Virus record (IMG/VR): IMGVR_UViG_3300044820_000043
Coordinates: 1 to 39,195 of that record
DNA: 39,195 nucleotides
Strand: one strand, 5' to 3'
Source: a virus
Taxonomy: Duplodnaviria > Caudoviricetes
The position numbers and the translations under genes were made by a program. This document shows positions 34,260-39,195 of this stretch, in pieces (the stretch's first letter is position 1; the number at the start of each line of letters is the position of its first letter). The notes beneath the pieces are model-generated. The model had not been told where the DNA came from, did not search any database, and worked only from the letters and a program-made list of their open reading frames with translations.

Positions 34260-34553
34260 CTAGATCCCAACGTAGGGACCATGCAGGACGCGCGCGTCCT
34301 CATGCAGTCCGAAGAGCGTTCCGGGCACTTTGACGACGATCAAGCCCACATACTTCCGACACTCCAGGCATACGCCGTCGTCTTCGTAGCTTCGATCATC
34401 CTTGCCGATGCGCCGCCCAGTGCCGGCCACGTGGAAGGGTGCCGCCTTGCACACTGGACAGAAACCGCTGAATTCCGCGTAACTGTCCGTCGTGCCGTGG
34501 CAGATCCTAACGTCGTCGGCTGTCTTCAAGCTCATGTGCTTTGTGGCGTGCAT
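34260..34553 (-). CDS. Small zinc-ribbon protein
   Basis: CPVC ... CLEC cysteine pairs; 97 aa. Confidence 0.65.
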   Translation of the reverse strand: MHATKHMSLKTADDVRICHGTTDSYAEFSGFCPVCKAAPFHVAGTGRRIGKDDRSYEDDGVCLECRKYVGLIVVKVPGTLFGLHEDARVLHGPYVGI

Positions 34554-34558
34554 GGCGC

Positions 34559-35713
34559 TTACTTCTTTCCAAGCGCTAGGCCTGCCTCGCGTTCCAGATC
34601 TAGGCGTGTTTCCGCGTCAACGTCGTCTTGTCGAGCTACCCACGAAATTGCATTTGAGAGGCGCCATTGTGTGTTGCCAGGTGGCAGGGCTTCCACGTCC
34701 GCCGTATTGAACGCGGACGCGATACGTTCGGCAACGCCTTTGCCCAGTCGCTTCCGCAGATCTTCAGCCGAGCGCTTGGCTTCAATAGGCGTGTTAGCAG
34801 CCGTCCGCATGATGTCCGCCGTACGTTCGATATGGATGGGCGAGAGAAGCGCGCGCGCGGCATCCCGCATCGCCAGGGTTAACGCGCGCGAATCGGCCGC
34901 AATCGTGCTCGCGCTGTACTGGACTTCATAGTCAGTCAAGCGGCCGCCTAAGTGCACCTGCCTCAGAGCTTGCTCCAGTGTCGCGCCATTCAGGCACCAC
35001 ACTCGCATACAGAACGGTGCCAAGCTTTGCGCGCCTTTGCCGTAGTCGCTGTTACTCCAGGCGAGGCCTAGCACCACAAATTCACCGGGCGCGATCTCCA
35101 GGACTTTGGGCAAAAGGATGCGCACGGATGCGCGTACGTCCAAGACAACGGCATCCGTCACGAGCGCGCCGACTTTCTGCGCCTCGCCTAGTAGAGCGTC
35201 AAGCGCCGGACGGCAATCAATGCGCCGAAAACGGTCCGAAAGTACCGCGCGCGCTTGACCCTTGCAAGCACGTACCAGCATACGTTCAGATTGCGGAAGG
35301 TGCTTCGCGTGTTCTTTCAGAGTGTGCGCTAGCAACGGTTGGGCCCATTCCTTTTCGGGATGGGTTTGCAGATGCCGTGCATAGGACCCGTGGATCTCCA
35401 TTTTCTCGGCAAGCTGGGTCAGTGCATTGTCATGGATCCGCATCGGATCTTCGCCGCTCAACTGCATCCGCGCTACGCCGTCCGCACCTACCGCGAAATC
35501 AAGCGCTTTTCCACGCACAATGAAATCGGTAGGGACTTCACTTAGGATTCGTTGTATCGGCAGCTCGGCGCGCGTCTTAGCCGTCGCCACGTACCGATCA
35601 AGGATTCGGCGCGCGGCTTCTTGATCGTGCGGCTGCAAAGTGCCGGCATCGACGCGCGCATGGTGGGGATCGAGGATCTGTCGGGACTCTACGATCTGGG
35701 CTGGGTTGACCAT
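34559..35713 (-). CDS. DUF932-family protein
   Basis: 'RAVLSDRFR.ID', 'G...SNSD.G.GA......R.WCLNG' and 'T.W.L.NAIS..A' motifs; GGAG RBS. Confidence 0.8.
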   Translation of the reverse strand: MVNPAQIVESRQILDPHHARVDAGTLQPHDQEAARRILDRYVATAKTRAELPIQRILSEVPTDFIVRGKALDFAVGADGVARMQLSGEDPMRIHDNALTQLAEKMEIHGSYARHLQTHPEKEWAQPLLAHTLKEHAKHLPQSERMLVRACKGQARAVLSDRFRRIDCRPALDALLGEAQKVGALVTDAVVLDVRASVRILLPKVLEIAPGEFVVLGLAWSNSDYGKGAQSLAPFCMRVWCLNGATLEQALRQVHLGGRLTDYEVQYSASTIAADSRALTLAMRDAARALLSPIHIERTADIMRTAANTPIEAKRSAEDLRKRLGKGVAERIASAFNTADVEALPPGNTQWRLSNAISWVARQDDVDAETRLDLEREAGLALGKK

Positions 35714-35930
35714 TGGGATCTCCGTCGTGTGTTGGTTGGTTGAACTGCTACCCTATGGCACAAGCTACGATGTAAGCGGCTACGTATTAAGTAAGGCTCT
35801 AGCGTGCGCACCTTGCACGCTGGCTCTAGTATTTTGATCCAGATCTGACTCTGTACCCATTCGCGGATGGATGCGGATTCGACTAACGGCAAAGCCTCAT
35901 CTAGCAGGGCTTCCGCTTGTGAAGGTTCCA

Positions 35931-36470
35931 TTAGCAAGAACCTCGCAAAGCCAAGCTAACAAACCCGTCGGTCGCGACTACCACATGATCCAACATCGTG
36001 ATGCCTACCAATTCGCCCGCGTCGCGGATCCGTCGGGTCAACTCCAGATCGGCGCGCGATGGCTCAGGATCTCCCGATGGGTGGTTGTGCACGCAAATGA
36101 AAGCGGCCGCACTGCGTACGATGGCTTCGCGCAGTAGTTCGCGCGGATGCACTTCAACGCCAGTGAGAGATCCGATCGCCACAGTCCAGCGTTCACCGAT
36201 CAAACGGTGCCGCACGTCCAAGAAATACACAAAGAAGTGTTCCCGCGTCTCAGTCCGTGCGATCTCTCGCGTATCCGTCCACAATTCCGCCGAATTGGTG
36301 AAGATCTTTCGGCCAGTTTGCGAAACAGGTTGACAGCTTGGCGTATAGCTTGGCGCTACCTCGGTAGGCGCCTCAGATTCCGCGCGCATCGGTTGCGCGA
36401 CTAGTTCGGCCATGCTGAGAACTGGAATCTCTATAGTCGTCGCGGCTTTCTCTGTTCGTCGTCGTGCCAT
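35931..36470 (-). CDS. radC: RadC-like JAB/MPN domain protein
   Basis: REHF.V.FLD.R.RLI, GSL....VHPRE, HNHPSGDPEPSRAD..LT and LDHVVV motifs; lacks the N-terminal HhH part of chromosomal RadC. Confidence 0.93.
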   Translation of the reverse strand: MARRRTEKAATTIEIPVLSMAELVAQPMRAESEAPTEVAPSYTPSCQPVSQTGRKIFTNSAELWTDTREIARTETREHFFVYFLDVRHRLIGERWTVAIGSLTGVEVHPRELLREAIVRSAAAFICVHNHPSGDPEPSRADLELTRRIRDAGELVGITMLDHVVVATDGFVSLALRGSC

Positions 36471-36494
36471 GGTCTAGCCTACCTTTCAAGTGCC

Positions 36495-36535
36495 AGAGTA
36501 AACCCATAACTGACACGTGACAAGATATATTTTTA
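36495..36535 (-). promoter_or_regulatory. Sigma70-type promoter with UP element and overlapping operator-like site
   Basis: AAAAATATATC-TTGTCA (36523-36518)-N17-TACTCT (36500-36495), then GAAAGG RBS and the radC ATG. TGTCACGTGTCA overlaps the -35. Confidence 0.72.
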
Positions 36536-36552
36536 AGTGACTTTTGACGCGG

Positions 36553-36852
36553 CTAGGTCTCGGGTTTGCGGCCGCTTCCGTGGCATGCGGGACATATGAC
36601 TACCAGTTTGCGCCAATTCGGACCGACTCTTTCGACACTCCGCGAGCCTCTGCAAGTGGCGCACTGTCCGCGCTTTTCCTTGGTTGCCGTTAGCACTTTC
36701 CAGGCATCTTGTAGTCGAGCCCATCCGGCTGCATCGGCGCTTCCCGTATCAGGATGCAAGCGACGGCAAACCGCACGGTAGGCAGTGCGGATCTCTGTCT
36801 CACTGGACAGATCCGTACACCCTAGGAAAGCCAAGGCTTGCACTTCGGTCAT
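36553..36852 (-). CDS. Mini DnaJ-like protein (J-domain plus single Zn finger)
   Basis: LG......EIR.AYR.....LHPD J-domain followed by CATCRGSR...CPACHGSG. Confidence 0.88.
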   Translation of the reverse strand: MTEVQALAFLGCTDLSSETEIRTAYRAVCRRLHPDTGSADAAGWARLQDAWKVLTATKEKRGQCATCRGSRSVERVGPNWRKLVVICPACHGSGRKPET

Positions 36853-37343
36853 TTCTTGCGCCTCTTGGCTTTCTTTCCAGGCTCTACCAAATGCGCGGCC
36901 GCGCGGCCTAGTCGCTGAAGCCCTTGCACTTCGATTTGCCGCGCCCGTTCGCGCGTGAGGTTGAGGAGTAGCCCGACAGTTTCAAGCGTAGCGCCGTCGC
37001 GCTCGGCAACGTCCAGCGCGCACGACTCATCAGGCGGCACGTCGCCGGGGCTGCGGTGTGGATGGTGGATGCGCACGTCGCCCGTGGCGCAGACTTCGAG
37101 GTAGAGGTTCTGGCTGCATCCGACGTACGGGCACGGCCGGGGCACGTCGGCGCACTCCGCCCGACATCCTGGCCGCCAGTGCTCCGTGGGGTACTTCGTC
37201 GCCGCGACCTTGTCCTTACGCCGTCGCGGGATGCGAATCAGCACGGGCTTGCGGGGCTCGCCTGTGCCGAGGGTACAAAGGCACGGAGCCTGTAGGTATT
37301 GCCGCGAACCGTCGCAGTAGCAAGGACCTACGGGGCGTCGCAT
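36849..37343 (-). CDS. Cys-rich protein with sigma70 region 4-like HTH
   Basis: RP..RAEC...PRPCPYVGC..NLYL, SCALDVAE and TLETVG..LNLTRERARQIE..GL.RL motifs. Confidence 0.82.
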   Translation of the reverse strand: MRRPVGPCYCDGSRQYLQAPCLCTLGTGEPRKPVLIRIPRRRKDKVAATKYPTEHWRPGCRAECADVPRPCPYVGCSQNLYLEVCATGDVRIHHPHRSPGDVPPDESCALDVAERDGATLETVGLLLNLTRERARQIEVQGLQRLGRAAAHLVEPGKKAKRRKK

Positions 37344-37534
37344 GCGAACGACTCCAGTGCAAACTGTGCCGTCGCGAGGTTGGCTTCCGCTTCGGCCAGC
37401 CCCTTGAGCGCGTCTTCGAGCGCTCGTTGCGCCTTCGCCACGCGCGTCTGTTGGAAACTGCGGGTGACTTGCGCCCGCGCAACGGCATTCTGTTTCTCGC
37501 ACAGGTCCCGAATTGTCTTCATGGGGTCACGCAT
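37328..37534 (-). CDS. Hypothetical coiled-coil protein
   Basis: Heptad-like Ala/Leu pattern; packed between neighbouring genes. Confidence 0.5.
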   Translation of the reverse strand: MRDPMKTIRDLCEKQNAVARAQVTRSFQQTRVAKAQRALEDALKGLAEAEANLATAQFALESFACDAP

Positions 37535-37790
37535 CCGATTGGTCGTACAACGCCCTCAAGTTAGCCAAGCTGGTCACCGCCGACTCCAGCACCGCTTCGC
37601 GATGGATGGGGTAGGACTTAGCCACCTGGTACACCACGCTCAAGGAAATGCGCGTAATCTCCCGCCAAGAGAAGCCCTCGCCTCGGCATGTAGCGACGAA
37701 CGTCCGCGCCTTCGCAATCTGGAGCCCTTCACGGTCCCCGAGTGCCGGTTCTTCCACAATCTCAGCATCCGCCAGTTCATCTCCGCTCAT
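37527..37790 (-). CDS. Hypothetical protein
   Basis: AGGAG RBS before MSGDELADAE (37790). Confidence 0.55.
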   Translation of the reverse strand: MSGDELADAEIVEEPALGDREGLQIAKARTFVATCRGEGFSWREITRISLSVVYQVAKSYPIHREAVLESAVTSLANLRALYDQSDA

Positions 37791-37866
37791 GTAGCCATCT
37801 CCTATGTCCGCCGTCTGTCCGATTGCTAAGCTCGCACAAGATCCGCAGAATTTGGACAGGGCCTCG

Positions 37867-38070
37867 TCACGTCGTCGACATGCTCTTGATGAAAGCTTTA
37901 CGACGTCGCGCCGCGTGCGGAGCAAAGAACGTCCTCCCAGGCCTTAGGGCCGCCCGCCAAAGGACCCACGTCTTCCGCCGTTGCTTGCGGGTACGTCGGC
38001 CGGTGTACCAGCCTGCCCAGACGACTGTCATTGACAGCTTAAGCTTGCGTGTGTGGTGGTGGTACTTCAT
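37867..38070 (-). CDS. Small Arg/Trp-rich hypothetical protein
   Basis: GAGGGG RBS; 67 aa, very basic. Confidence 0.4.
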   Translation of the reverse strand: MKYHHHTRKLKLSMTVVWAGWYTGRRTRKQRRKTWVLWRAALRPGRTFFAPHAARRRKAFIKSMSTT

Positions 38071-38135
38071 GGCCCCTCACTCGGGAGTGGGGGTAGCAAG
38101 ACTTTCTTCGTTCGCATCTTCGAGCCTGCCCTTTC

Positions 38136-39194
38136 TCAGAATTTGTCCTTGGGGACTTCTCCGTTCCTGTAAAGCTCAGCCAACCACTCGCGCGGTCCTG
38201 CCTTCTCCCACTTGACGAAATCGGTCACCGCGACCAGGCGCAAGACCTTCTCTTCGTCTCGTACCACCTTGCGGATCATCCCGACGTTGCGCACGTGCGC
38301 ACCGAACGAGTTGGGGGATGCTGCCGAGGCCGCCGCCGCCATACCGACCGGACCGTCCGCCCGATAAAGCCCGCACAGCTCACCAAGCCCGTACACCGCG
38401 CGCTTGCCGCGTACGTGGAACATCTCGGAGCCGACGAACCCGCGCAACCAATCCTCGGCGGGGTGCCTGCCTGTCTCGATCATCTCAAGCTTGTCGATGG
38501 TCGTGGGCGGCGGCTCGGCCGGATCGAAATTGCCGTAGTCCAGCTCATGTTGAAAGTAGTGCAGCAGCGCCGCAGGACCCGGCCCGTAGTGCGGCGCCTG
38601 GTCGAATCCGATCCAGCGGTGTACTACGTCGTTGAAGAAACTTCGGGGCAGTGCTTCGTCAGGCACGCGATGGATGAAAAAGCGCCGGTCGTCGTCTTCG
38701 ACGTAGAACGCGCGCGGGTTGTTCGACGTCATGAAATAGTTCACGTGGTCCGGTACGGCGTACTTGGGGATGTATTTGGTATGGACCAGCAACTCAGTTT
38801 GCGTGACCAACTTCTTGAACCTGTCCGCGCGCTGACGGGACTCGGCCGCGCTCACCTCATCCACAAGCACAAACTGTTTGCCGATGGCCCACTCGTTGTA
38901 ATCCCCTTCGAGATCGATCTGTGAGATAGCCGAAAAATTGGTGCCGTAGATCGGCGCAAGAATCTTCTCGGCGACGATGGACTTACCACGTCCAGGCTTG
39001 CCCCAAATGCCAACGGCGGCTGACATCTTCGCGCCAAGGTGCTTGAGCGGCCAGCCGATCCACCGCTCGAACCACAGACGGTGCGCGGGCTCAGCATCGC
39101 GGAACGCATAATCAAGGTACGTCTTCCACGGTGAGACGTCGCCGCGCTTCGCTTCGACGCCCAGCCCTGGCCACGGGGTGTAGCGGACGCCGCC
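38136..39194 (-). CDS. Primase-associated SF3 helicase (DUF5906/D5-like), 5'-partial
   Basis: Open to the window edge (GGVRYTPWPG..GDVSPW..); Walker A GKPGRGKS, Walker B VLVDE, motif C MTSN, and DDRRF. Confidence 0.9.
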   Translation of the reverse strand, partial: GGVRYTPWPGLGVEAKRGDVSPWKTYLDYAFRDAEPAHRLWFERWIGWPLKHLGAKMSAAVGIWGKPGRGKSIVAEKILAPIYGTNFSAISQIDLEGDYNEWAIGKQFVLVDEVSAAESRQRADRFKKLVTQTELLVHTKYIPKYAVPDHVNYFMTSNNPRAFYVEDDDRRFFIHRVPDEALPRSFFNDVVHRWIGFDQAPHYGPGPAALLHYFQHELDYGNFDPAEPPPTTIDKLEMIETGRHPAEDWLRGFVGSEMFHVRGKRAVYGLGELCGLYRADGPVGMAAAASAASPNSFGAHVRNVGMIRKVVRDEEKVLRLVAVTDFVKWEKAGPREWLAELYRNGEVPKDKF

Positions 39195-39195
39195 C

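Noticed and set aside
35689-35937. 82-aa ORF between radC and DUF932
   Set aside because: No clear RBS, and it overlaps the DUF932 leader; a shorter real gene is possible but cannot be supported.
1-39195. Stop-codon reassignment or a temperate (integrase/repressor) module
   Set aside because: Genes are full length in the standard code using all three stops. No integrase or CI-like gene is seen, although the genome extends beyond the window.

Overview
About 39 kb of a GC-rich tailed-phage (myovirus-type) genome organised as two convergent arms. The + strand (1-21794) is one tightly coupled late operon. It runs from portal (partial), head morphogenesis, DUF2213 protease/scaffold, decoration protein and DUF2184 major capsid through neck, DUF3383 sheath, tube, a frameshifted tail chaperone, tape measure and baseplate. 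It ends with fibre/adhesin-like genes (one is a 640-aa Thr-rich protein with a signal peptide) and a lysis cassette. The - strand (39195-21514) carries a partial primase-helicase, a sigma70-region-4 Zn protein, a mini-DnaJ, RadC/JAB, DUF932, a repeat lipoprotein, ASCH, thymidylate kinase, an SSB-like protein, family A DNA polymerase, two nucleases, an SNF2 helicase and a two-domain glycosyltransferase. No integrase or repressor is visible in the window. The most unusual signal is non-coding: a 101-nt tRNA-like element with no normal anticodon arm (30587-30687, -). Directly downstream is a long hairpin whose loop region is complementary (12 and 10 nt) to the ribosome-binding regions of two putative early genes, which suggests a tRNA-processed antisense sRNA. 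All family calls come from motifs recognised by eye; no database searches were run.
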